Shown here piece after piece: positions 38,801 to 50,800 of a DNA stretch of 64,000 nucleotides; the stretch's first letter is position 1; each line of letters opens with the position of its first letter. The position numbers and the translations under genes were made by a program. The notes beneath the pieces were generated by a model, which did no database searches, was not told the DNA's origin, and worked only from the letters and a program-made list of their open reading frames with translations. Source of the DNA: Podarcis melisellensis (lineage: Eukaryota); assembly GCA_964234715.1 (NCBI GenBank), contig OZ174275.1. One strand, written 5' to 3'.

Positions 38801-41800
38801 AATAGCTTCCTTGGTTATAACAAAGCTGCATATTCTAACCATAGAAACTATATTTTGTTCTCAAAGCGTTTCAAGTAAGCTACCATGAGCGGTTTAATTG
38901 TGCCTGACATGATCTTTTAACTGTTTTATATTTTTTAAAAAATAGAGGAGATGGCAACTGGCAGGTGAAGGCTGCTCCTTTTTAGTTCTTCTGCACTTTT
39001 AATTATGTGCCTAACTGGATATTAAATAGAATTATACTTTTGATATTAAAAATAAAAAGCTTTTAAGGAAACCTGAAGGACCTCTAAGTAGGTTGTCTGA
39101 GAGTGTCTTTCTGAGATGTTTTGCTTGTATGCAAAAACCTGTTCAATTGTGTTTTCTGGAAAAGCATGTCAGCTTGCCAGTATCCTTATTGGTGTGACCA
39201 GTTCAGGTTGTATGATGTAGCTGCATGTGACCAGTTTTCTTCTGCTTCAAAAATGCTAGTTCAACAATGCAGTAACAGCAAAAAGAAGGACTCATGAGCC
39301 ATTTACATATCCTTCATTCCTCCCTTATCTTCTTTGGAAGAAAAATTGTTCTGCAGCCTTCCCAGCTTCCCACATGTCAGTTTGAAGTCCATGACACTAG
39401 ATAATTCATCCCTTAGAGCTTTTTCTAATTTGAAGGCACAGGCATCTAGGAGGCTGCAGAGCACTGGAAAAATGTTTACTGTAAAGAAAAACAAAGAAAA
39501 CTAAAGCCAACTTGCAACAATAAGCTAAATTCAATCCTGCACCAACAAAATTCTAAAGAAAACAGAAGCCTCTTTTGCAAGGGAAGAAAAAATAGGAGGG
39601 CACAGAGGTTGGCACAGCTCTACTTTGCACTGCATAGATGCAATGTTAAATCACCTAGAAGGGTTGTATAGGGTTTATTTGTAGTCACTCCATTGAAATG
39701 TCAGGTGATGCATAGCAATGATTGCTCTGGATTAGAGAAGCTTGGAGTTAAACAATAACAAAGCTTAAAAACAAAAGTTGAAAAATAACCACCTTTATCA
39801 AGGTACACTTCCTTTGTGGTTATTTGCTATATATGACGGGTATTGTAAGTCACTTAAAGATAAATAAACATTAAAAGGAGTTCAGGGCATCTAAGCCAAG
39901 TCAGTTACTAGCCTCACTTTTTGCCAGCCCCTAGAGGTATCAAAAGACTTAAAAAGAGGCTCATGCTGCCCTGAGCACAGGGCAGGGTTGGATTAGAAAA
40001 ATGTGTCCCTCTCCCAAATCCTGCCACCCTCTGCTCTCAGTGTTACACTGCCTGTGTGGAGCTCCCTCTTCCATTTTGTTAGGGGGATCTCTACTTATGG
40101 AAGCCCACAGACAATCCCTAAATGGAGCATTCCAGGAAGGGGGCTGAGCTGACCCAAAATCTTCTGGATCTCAACATGGGCCCGCTGCGATCACTTGATG
40201 CTTTTGCCTGCCTTCTGCCCAGGCCAGTTTAAGTGATGTGGCTGTGTACACACTTGCAAACTGCTCATCATTATGATTGGAAGAGGGAGACGTTGTGAAA
40301 CATAGGAACCTTAGAGGCTACAACACATCATTTCCCCATCCTGAATGGAAGCCTGCGCACACAGCACAGAATACTTTCTCAACATTTGTTAAGTAGGATG
40401 CATTCTAAACGTACTGTATCTCCCAGATCTTAAAACCCATCGGCAGCCACCTCTTTGGCGCATACCTCTTTATATGTGTGGATCGAGGCACTAATTCAAA
40501 CATGGTGTTAGAAATGTACTAGAAAAATCACACCTTGTTTTGTTTCCTAATATCAGCCAGCCATGGTGGACATGATGCATATATTGTGGCCAGAAGTTCC
40601 CTCTCTCACACACACCATTATGGTTAGCATAGCACTTTGCGTATCTTTGCTGGCTACAGGATGTTCTCCTCCCTGTTAACTATACTGTGCATTCTCTTGC
40701 GGGAGAGTGCACTATAGTTTGGGAACCACAGCACTACAAGGTAATGTATTAATCTCCATTTTGTGAAAATCAACGAATGAAATGGAAGTTGAGAACCAGT
40801 GAAATCAATAAAGCAGCCTAACTTCTTAGATTGTTTTCTATGGGAGAGCAGCAGTTCTCTTCATCACAGAAGATAACTTCTTTCCCATTCCACCCTCTGG
40901 GTCTCCTCCCTCCCTACTCCCCACCTACATAAAATGTGGCTGAGATCTGCAAGTTATCCACCCCAGACTTGCACAAAGCTTTGGTGAGAATTGCACTAGA
41001 GATTTGGGTTGGGATGTCATCAATATTCTGATGACACTTGGCTACATCTTTTGTGTACATGTTCTGATTCCAGAGCAGTGGTGTTTCTGAAAATAGTGAT
41101 TAGTATCAGAACTAAAGTGGATGGGGGCAACCAAACTTAAAGCAGACGTGATAGCAGTCCTGTTGCTTAGAGGGTCTGGAAGTATGAGAGTAAGCTGCTC
41201 TGGATAATGTTCCAGTCTCTTAGAGATCAGGTTCACAAGTTGCATTTCCTTCTGGATTTCCCAAGTGGTGGGGGTGCTTTTTATCAGCTTTAGTTTGTAT
41301 ACCAGCGATTACTGGTTTTTTCAAGTCCTATGTCCACAGATTGTATGCCATATATAGTCTCTGTGCTATTAAAAAGTGGAGAAATTGGGTGGGTGGGACA
41401 TACAGATGAATTATGCATAATGATCTACAGCAGGTGAGTGGATCTGACATTTGCTGCTGCACTGCAACATGTGCAGGTGAACTGGGTCAAGCAACCATTA
41501 AAAATAAAAGTTAAGATGGCAGGGATGCCCACCCCTTCCAGTGCATAACCACATCCTTTTTCTTTCCCCACCTTCTGCAGGTTGGAGAATGAGCTTCTGA
41601 AACAGGAACCTTTTGTACTATTTGGCTTCCCATAAGATTTAGAACCCTGGATAATCAAAGTTCTAAGTCATGGGGGGAAACTCCATGAGTACAGGATCTC
41701 CCTGCTTTAAAAGTTTGCCCTCATGCACCAGAGGGCATAGAGACAGATGGTATGGAACCTTTGGCCCTCCAGTCATTGCTGAACTGCAAACATGACCAAT

Positions 41801-44800
41801 GGCCACAGGTGGTGGGAGCTGGTAGTTCATGAATATCTGAAGAGCCAAAGCTTCCCCATACCAGGGGATAGAGTTTTGAGCCTTCCCTTGCTCTCCTTAG
41901 CTGTTTGTTATATGAAGAAACTGAACAGCCAAATAGAGTCAGTGAAGAAGGTTTTTCTTTGATACATGGTAACTTCATGAGATGATCATCATGAAATGTA
42001 ATCAAAGGTTGCAGTTTTCCCAGTCTAGGTTGGGGAAGGTATTATAGCAAGGGTGGTGTTTTATCATGTGTATTTGGGAAGAGTGCTGCAGGAAAATGGA
42101 AGTGAAAGATGTTACCGCAATAATTATTGTGACATGAAGAGTAAAAGAGAAGTGCTGTGTACTAAAGATTGTAAGGAGGATGAACAGAACACTTCCATTC
42201 TATTTCTTAGAATTGTTGTTGTTGGCATCAGTCTATCTTGAAAGACAATGGAGCACACCTCTGGGGGCAAAGCCAAACCGCCAGAGAATCACAGCTGTGG
42301 CTGTGGCTGCAGTAACTACTGCCTCCTACATTGTTTTTGCTGTGTTAGCAGCACCAAAGTGATCTCTCCAGGGCGCAAGCCTGGGCGGTGTGTATGGACG
42401 TCTTGGGACAACATTAATTACATAAGATTGCCATCTGTATCCAGATCTTTTAAAAACAACTGTGAAAAAGCATCTGCATTATTAGCATGCCAGCTTCATT
42501 ACAGATCAGGAAAAGCGCACATCAGTGGTTGCCAAATTGGAGTGCTTTGTTTAAAAATGCAAATAAACACTTGCTTAGGTGTTCGTGGTTTGCCTGACAG
42601 GAAAAGGTGGGTACCACAAGAATGTTCACATTCTAGAAAATAATTGTGTAATATCTGAGAGGGCCTCAGTCATAGCTAGCACGGTGTTATGCTATTTATT
42701 TAAAGGATTATACTCTGCCTGGAGGAAAAAGCCCTCTCAAGGTAGCTTACAGAAATCTTTAAAAGCACATGCAAATGCCTGACGAATCCATACACTTTGT
42801 GATTTTTTAAATTTTATTTTTAATGCTGGGTTGGAGCTTAAGGAGCCCTGCAGTTGTACTTGCATAGCACACAGCAGAAGGAGGGAACCCTTTTTCAGCT
42901 TGAACACCACATTTCCTTGTTGGCAACTTTTGGGGGCGCTGCATGGTGGATGGGGCAGAGCCATAGGTGAATGGATATGACCCTTCTCTTTTCTAGTCAT
43001 GCAGAAGTCAGAGGTTTCTGAGCACTCATCTCTCTATCCAGGCAAGTAAGAGGCATCATTATCTCAGTTCAAGGACTTCATTCCAGCAAAGCAAAAGGAC
43101 TTAGGGAGGGCCTAGATCAAAAACGGTGTGGGTTGTCCTGAGGGCTGCATCAAGAGGCTCCTAGGCCTAAAGTTCCCCACCCTTGCTGCAGAAGCTTGCT
43201 TTGAATTGTTTGTGCCTAAAACCTTGTTTCCTTTTCATATCCCATGTAGTGTGCCCCTGATTGTTGACTTACTGGATAACAAGGAATTGTTGGAAACTTG
43301 TATTGACAATACTACTGATTTTCCTCCTGCCGGAGGGTCAGCTGAAGCTTTGGAACAAACGGGTCTTGGTTTCACTGCTCTTGGCACAAAGGAGCAACCC
43401 TCCGACAAGGCGGATCCTGTTGGTAAGGAAATGCCTGGTAGAATGGGAATTATTGGGACATTTAAAATACCTGCTTACTTGTCTGTGATACTGCAAAGTA
43501 TCTGCAAAGTATCTGAAACGCTGTAACGTTCAACAAGGATTGTGATCCTTCCTAACCTACCAACGTGAGCTTATCTGCAACAGACCACAGTTCTTAACAA
43601 AACAGTAGGATTTCCAGATGCTTCTAGCTGGTGCATATGCAATACTCATGTGTGGCTGCACAGACGATGTTAAAAAAGCAGATAAATTACAGAATTACAG
43701 AAAAGTGTAATCCTGGTTTTAATAATTGACAGAAATGACAAAAGATTTTCAGAGCGCCATTCCAGTCTTAGGTTGACTTACATCCTATCTCTATTTGAGC
43801 AGGTGAGGATGCATCATTGAAACTCAAGCGGCTGGAAGCAGAACTCAACCCTTTGCTGGTTTCCCAGTCCAACATAAACATCAACAAACAGGTACTGAGT
43901 GTTCATTCCTCCCAAAGTTACTGAGTGTAAAGTTTAGGTTTCAGTGAAATTTGTTACTTTCCTGCTCTTTAGCCCTGCCTATATTCTGTTTTTGGAAAAC
44001 CCCTGTAAAAGCTAACTAGATGCATGTGTGAATCTGATAGAAATTCTCTGGGATCTTCCTGAATAACCTAGACTGGTTTACAGTCTGAGAGGTAGCAGTT
44101 GGCACCATATCTTGTTGGGAATACAGCTCCTTTAATTGAGAACAGATTTCCTCTTAAGACAGACAGCTTCTTGCAGGACAATTTCAGCCCCAAGGAGTCT
44201 CCATGCTAGCGCATGAGAAAAACTCCAGGTTACTGGCTCCCTGACCAAACAGAAGAACCAAGTGCATTTCCGTGAGTGATGTGGAGCTGAACATCTGCTC
44301 CCACTCTGAGGCCCAGGTCATGTTCTCTAAAATAATTCACATGCAACAATCCGTCTTAGCAGCATCAAGGAAATACTGTATGTGCTGACAAGGTCCACTA
44401 GATGCCAGCAATTCATGGGAACACAGGGGATATTTTTTCGATCCCTGTGCTCATGCAAGTCACCACCAGAAACTTTTGGGGTTTCAGCAATTCACAACAC
44501 ACTTTTTTCTTTTGCCTGGTTTGGTGGGGATTTTGGTGCTTTAAGTCTACAACAAACAAGCATGTTAGTGTGACTCTTGTCATCCAGCTGCATGCATACC
44601 TTCTGCAACCAACAAACAGATTATATCAATGGGGGAGAGGGAAACTAACATCATATTCCTCCTCCACTGTTCTTGGAATCAACTCCAGCACAGAATCTTC
44701 TTTCTTCTAGCTAGCAGTGATAATGAAGGAAAGCCTGTGACTAGTTACTCCTCCATCATTCCTAGATCTAGCTAAAACTCAACAACAGCAGACAGAATCC

Positions 44801-47800
44801 CGCATGGCCTTTTAATCATCTAATTGCTGTGAGACCACCGTGGGAGCCAATTTTTGGTTGAAAAGCAGGATGAAAAGGCAATGAGCTAATAAATAATGGG
44901 TCTTTTTTGCTCGCTCTTTAGTTGGCAGGAGATGCAGAGCATTGTAGCTTACTGAGAGTATTGAGGAACATGCAGGTCCTCATGGTTGTTTCTGTTTTCT
45001 GGCCTATGTTGAAGCACCTCACAAGGAAAAAGTAGTTACTTCTGAATGCTCACGTTTTCCTCAATGGCTTTCATCTGCCTTGTGCACAGTTCATGGCTAG
45101 TGTATTATAAAGATTACAGAGTCTGTAAGAAGATTAGCCTTGGGGTTCTTTTCTGATGGCTCTTCCTCATAAACAGAGGTAAACACACTCAATCCTGATC
45201 AGTGTCTAAGTCTGTTTTTTATTGTGCTTCAGCTTTAAAAAATGAAGAAAACAAGACCTCAAGTGATTAAGGAAATGAAGGTGTCTCAAACGATAATTAA
45301 ACTAAAAATATGCGGACCCCCATGAGTATAGGTTATTTGTTCAACTTATGTATTCAGTTTATATTAACAAACAAATGCCATATGAATAGAACTAATGATT
45401 TTGTGCATGTTGGTACTGGCATAAACTAGGTTCTGTGTTAGGGAATCTTACACTGTGATTAAAAAGTGTGGAGGGTTATAGCTGCCTTTGCATAACTGAT
45501 GTGTGGATTTTTCAACATTAGACTATCCTATGCAGGGAACCCTTAAATCCAGAACAGATCACCATGTACTTAACCTGTTTTGTTACCATTAAATGGATTC
45601 TTTTAAGAGTGCCAAGTTATGTTTTCTTTTCCTCAGTGAAGGTGCAACTCATTTAAGCTTTATAAATCATCATTTTCTTTGCACCCAGAAGCACAAAGTA
45701 ACACAGGAACCCTGTGTTACTCGCTGCCATTTCAAATACTTACAAAATTGTGAATTTAATGCTCATATACAATAATGTAGATGTGGCCTAACTTAATTGT
45801 AGCTTTTAAACTTTTTAGAAAAGTTTTTTTGCAGAAATGCTTGTATGTTTTATTTCATTTTGTACCTTTTTCCATAGGCTGGGGGTGGCTCCACAGCCAT
45901 TTGTAGCATCTGTCCCTCACTGCTCAACTTATTTCCTTCCCACACTAACCTTAACCCTCCTTATGTACAAAATAGTAAAAGTAAAGGTAAAGGTACCCCT
46001 GCCCGTACGGGCCAGCCTTGACAGACTCTGGGGTTGTGCGCCCATCTCACTTAAGAGGCCAAGGGCCAGCGCTGTCCGGAGACACTTCCGGGTCACGTGG
46101 CCAGCGTGACATCGCTGCTCTGGCGAGCCAGAGCCGCACACGGAAACGCCATTTACCTTCCCGCTGGTAAGCGGTCCCTATTTATCTACTTGCACCCGGA
46201 GGTGCTTTCGAACTGCTAGGTTGGCAGGCGCTAGGACCGAGCAGCGGGAGCGCACCCCACCGCAGGGATTCGAACCACCGACCTTTCAATCGGCAAGTCC
46301 TAGGCGCTGAGGCTTTAACCCACAGCGCCACCTGCGTCCCCTAATGTACAAAATATTCATATAGCAAATAAGCAATTGTACCCTAGGGCTAAAACTTGCT
46401 AATTTTCTGGACTTCTCAAAATGGTTTAATACTTTACTATTACTTATGATAGCATAATGTAGGGTTAATGCTGAAGTCTTGTGGGAGGACAGACCTTCCA
46501 ACAAGCTCAGCAGCAAGATGAGAACCACAAACCATTGGCTCTCTATTTAGCTGTAGAGGTTTTATCTCACTGCAGTGGGTCCTATAACTTCCCCCCAAAT
46601 GGCATTCTGAAATACCTTCAGATTCCTTTCATAAACTGATGATGCAAATAGTTTAAAATTCAGTTTGCTTTGCCAGCATTTATTTTCTTGCGTTAGGACG
46701 GCAGTGAAATATTTTGTTGGAAAATAATCTCCCTGTTTCATGTTTGAAACTGTAGTATGAATGGCCCTATTCTTACAAGAGAGTTGCTGTTGTTTTTGGC
46801 AGCTTGCTGGACTGGAAGCTTGCAAGGTTGGCAGTGCCAAGATCTAGACAATCATGCTGGCACTGAAGGGAGCAATTAATTTCTAAATGCACAGGCATTC
46901 CAGTTTCTTGAGTTTCTGGAATGTAGGGAACAATGCAAGTAAAACTTCATTAGTGATTTTTTTTAAAATGGTATTTTGTAAGATAGATACTGAGCAGTAG
47001 GTGGAAAAAAGTAGCTTGAAAACATGACTAAACTCCATAAACACACCCACAGCTGGAGAAGCACATCAGAACGACTCTGCTGCTCTGGGACCAAGTCAGC
47101 TCTTCTGAGTCCTACTTTCTCTCTGGAACCCTTTGTGTTTGAGTTCACTTTTAAGGGCATTCTACAGGGGAGGGGGGAATTGTTCTATTGAAATCCAACT
47201 CTTGGAAGATCAAACAGCAGACAGATTAAATAATCTGGACTTCACTCAGCAACCATTGTGTCTACAAATCACTATAATTCTGGTTGGAAGGCAGAAAGAA
47301 ACCAGAGAGGCAAAAAGAATATTGCCTCTCCCCATTTGGACATCAACAAGGAAGAGGAAGGAGAAGAGGAGGGAGCTCATTTGGATAAAATAGTATCTTA
47401 ACAGGAAATGGATTTTTAATGTGGAGGTAAAATTGGAAAATTACTTTTTGCTACAAGCATTTACAAAGTTTATGGGAATCAAAAATTTCCCCCCTCACCC
47501 TGGCCCCAGTACCTTTTATTTTGTTTATTTATCAATACTTTATCCCACCTTTGCTCCCAAGGAGCTCAAGGCAGCATATACAGTTCTTTCTCCCTATTTT
47601 ATCCGCACAACAACCCTTAGGTAGGTTAGCCTGAAAGACTGTGACTGGCCCAAGATCACCCAGTGAGTTTCATGGCTGAGAAAGGATTTAACCCTGGTCT
47701 CCCAGGTTTAACACTCTAACCACTATACCATACTCACTCTCTGTGTTTCCCTTTTTATCCCAGTTGTATACCTGCACTAATAAGCATGTGTTAATGAGCA

Positions 47801-50800
47801 TGTGCCCCTCCGGTTTGGCTCTGGTTTCTTAATACAGTGTGTGTTCCAAAACATTAGCAAGCAGACCTTGTTCCTAGTCAGAGCTTTTGCAAAATGTTCC
47901 AAATTCTTTATACTGCAGTTGAAACCACACATCTCTGATTGCACAGGCTTTTCTCCAGTACACTATGTATTCAGTCCTGCTTGTCTGTTTGAAGCATAAT
48001 TATTTACCTGTTCTGGTTTTGTGACCCCTGTTTGTGTGTCCTCAGTGCTGCTCCCGGTGGCTATTAATCTACCTAGATTCTCCCTAGAGAGATGCTGCTA
48101 ATTAATGCACCTCTGTCACTTTGTAGCAGGAGGTGGTGAAGCTGACAGAGAAATGTCTCAACAATGCCATTGAGAGTCCAGTGAGTGCCTCTGTACGGCT
48201 GCCTCCAGACATCAAGAGCAACATTCTGAAGGCCCAGGCCGAGGCAGTGAACAAGGTAAGTGCTGTAATCCAAGCGTTTGCCATTGTGATCAGTAAATGC
48301 ACATTTCTGCAGTATTTTCTTTGAGTGACTTAGATCTTGCAAATATTCCTTGTGCCTGGTATGCAGATATTTTTTGTGGCTCCAGTTTTTGGAAAGCTAA
48401 GAAAATCCTGAGGGGGAAACTAATCTCTGTCATCTTGCGCCCTCCCACTTTCTGTCTGTGGCTCTCATAGAATATTGATGAGTAAAGCTTTCCATTGTAG
48501 ATGGCATGCAGACTTTTTCTTAGCAAGTGGTGGCTTTTTTGATTTAGCGTGAGAAAACCATACTTTGGCCCCTCACACCTTTCCACATGGTAGTGTAGTA
48601 TTTTTCTTCTTTGCTGCTCCCCCATTATAAGTCACAGATGCTGCCACATAAAAAGTTGCTGCATTCTCTAATTCTCATTTCCAAAGCTGTCATTTTAATA
48701 TTACTCAGGAAATTATATTTAACAGGCGCATTGTAGGATTCAGAGCCCAACTTGACTTTCAGATCACAAGTGATTGAATACGAATAAGTACTTGAGGGTC
48801 ATAACTTGATGTGCTCATGCTATACAGAAGCATCAAAGTGAGATATCTCTGAATGCTAAGCAGGCTACAAGATACAGTATGGTTTTCTATCTCAGTATCC
48901 GTTCTGTGCAGCCTGGCTCCCTTCTGGTTTTGAAAGTGTAATAGTAATACTTCTGTTATTCAGGGCATTTGGAGATAGCTATGGGGAGTGAGTGATTTGT
49001 ATCTGCCTGTTTTTGATGCAACTATTTTGACCTTGCTGTGTGGTTGGTGTTTTGTTTTTGTTTTGTTTTTTTGTCTTTCTTACTTTTATTGTGGAGCTTA
49101 GTATTATACTTATTCTGTATTGTAAACCACTTTAGAAACCCTAATAAGATGCAAAGGTGGCGTTTAAATTTTAAAATAAATATGTATTGGGATACGCTGC
49201 CCATGTAAAATGGGACTGTTTCAGTTCTGATCATTAGAACTCTATTCTGTTTCCTTTTCACAGTAAGCATGTAGCCTGTCCTTGACCTGTTGCAGAGGAA
49301 TGGCCTTGCTTTTTATAAAATCATAAATCTCTGCAAAATTCTCAGTTTCTGAAGTGTTCTGTTATGTCTCTTTTCTTTCAGGTCATGAGGGAGGACAGCA
49401 TGTCTGGCAATAAGAACACCAACCTTCAAGATGCTGCTGGCAGGTATAGGCACTGAGGGTGAATTGTGCTGAGGGATTCAGGTATAACTGCGCTCATGGC
49501 AGTGTGGGCAGTTTGCTTCAGTTACTCTGTGAATCAAGAAGCCACATGGGAAAGGTTCCCATAAAATTGGAATTAGCTAGTAGTTTAGAAAGACTACTAT
49601 TTCTGTTGTTATCATGAATGCTTAATTTACAAGTAGGCTTGACTGCTTGTCCCTTGAATTTATGAACCCAATGAAAGTGCTTAGCCCTTTAAAGAGAGAG
49701 AGAGAGAGATTACTTTTCCTCATTACTAGATTGGGAACCTGATAGAGGGAGGATATCACCACCTGGTCTGCAGATCAAATGCAAGTATATGGAGGGTAGA
49801 GGAATTCCCATGGCTTAGTGTCACTTCTTGGCCGCCCTTCTGAGAGAGGCAGAAAAGGAATTAGTTTCAGTGCACTGGTGTGTGATGTAAATGCCATGGG
49901 AAGTCCTGGCACCAGCAACTCTTGGCTTCCCGCAGGCTAAGGATTTGCAAAGATTTCTGTCTGCTAAATTGGTACTAGATTGGGTGCATAAGATCATAAG
50001 GTGGAAAGAGAGGTGGAATTCTGCAATTCTCTAATCTTGCACAGCTCCAGTGTAGAATTCAGTATCCTGAGAATGTTTAGTTTTAAAATACTCTGTTTCT
50101 ATCCACTCAGGCCTTGGGGATCTGTTTGAATGCATGTAGGCAATTATATGAGTGTGGCATTTTTATTCCACCTTGCATAGAAAGCTGCCTTATACCAAAA
50201 CACAGTGTTTTCCTGTGTAGCCTAGTATTAACCTATTGTGATTTAACAGCAGCTGCCCAGGGTCTCAGGCTGAGATACCTCCCTTGCTATTGGATTCTTC
50301 TAGCTGGAGATGTCAGGAATTCAACCAGAAATCACCTCTATGTGCTCCCACCACTGAGCTGTAGTTTCTCTAAGATGTTCAGGGCGGTGCTACCTTTATT
50401 GTCAGAACAACCCCTGAGGCAGGCTAGGCCAAGCACGTGTGACTGGCCCAGGGCCACACAGGCAGCTTTGTCACCAAGAGGAGATGTGAGCTTGGTTTTC
50501 CCTGGTCATAATTGAATGCTGCTCAACTCTGCTATACGTATAGCTCTTTCGAATGTGTGATCTTTCCCTCTGTTGTCTAGCAGAAGCGTAAAAAATGACA
50601 CAAAATAAATTTGTTCCTGGTATATTTATATACAGTCAACTTTATTTCATTTGCTCATACTTCTCCCAGCTTCTAGCAGAATTATGCTTTATTGAAATCG
50701 GCATTGCACTAAAGCCTTGGGCGCATGGTTGAAAATAGCCTAAAGCAGTGTTTCCCAAATATGGGTCTCCAGCTGCTTTTAGACTACAACTCCCATCATC

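Noticed and set aside
43423-43526. Read-through of exon 17 ending SETL
   Set aside because: Strong gtaagg donor and a well-matching exon 18; the end derives from a small tandem repeat
46260-46340. tRNA-like A/B boxes (also ~62650 and ~23045)
   Set aside because: These are SINE heads, not tRNA genes
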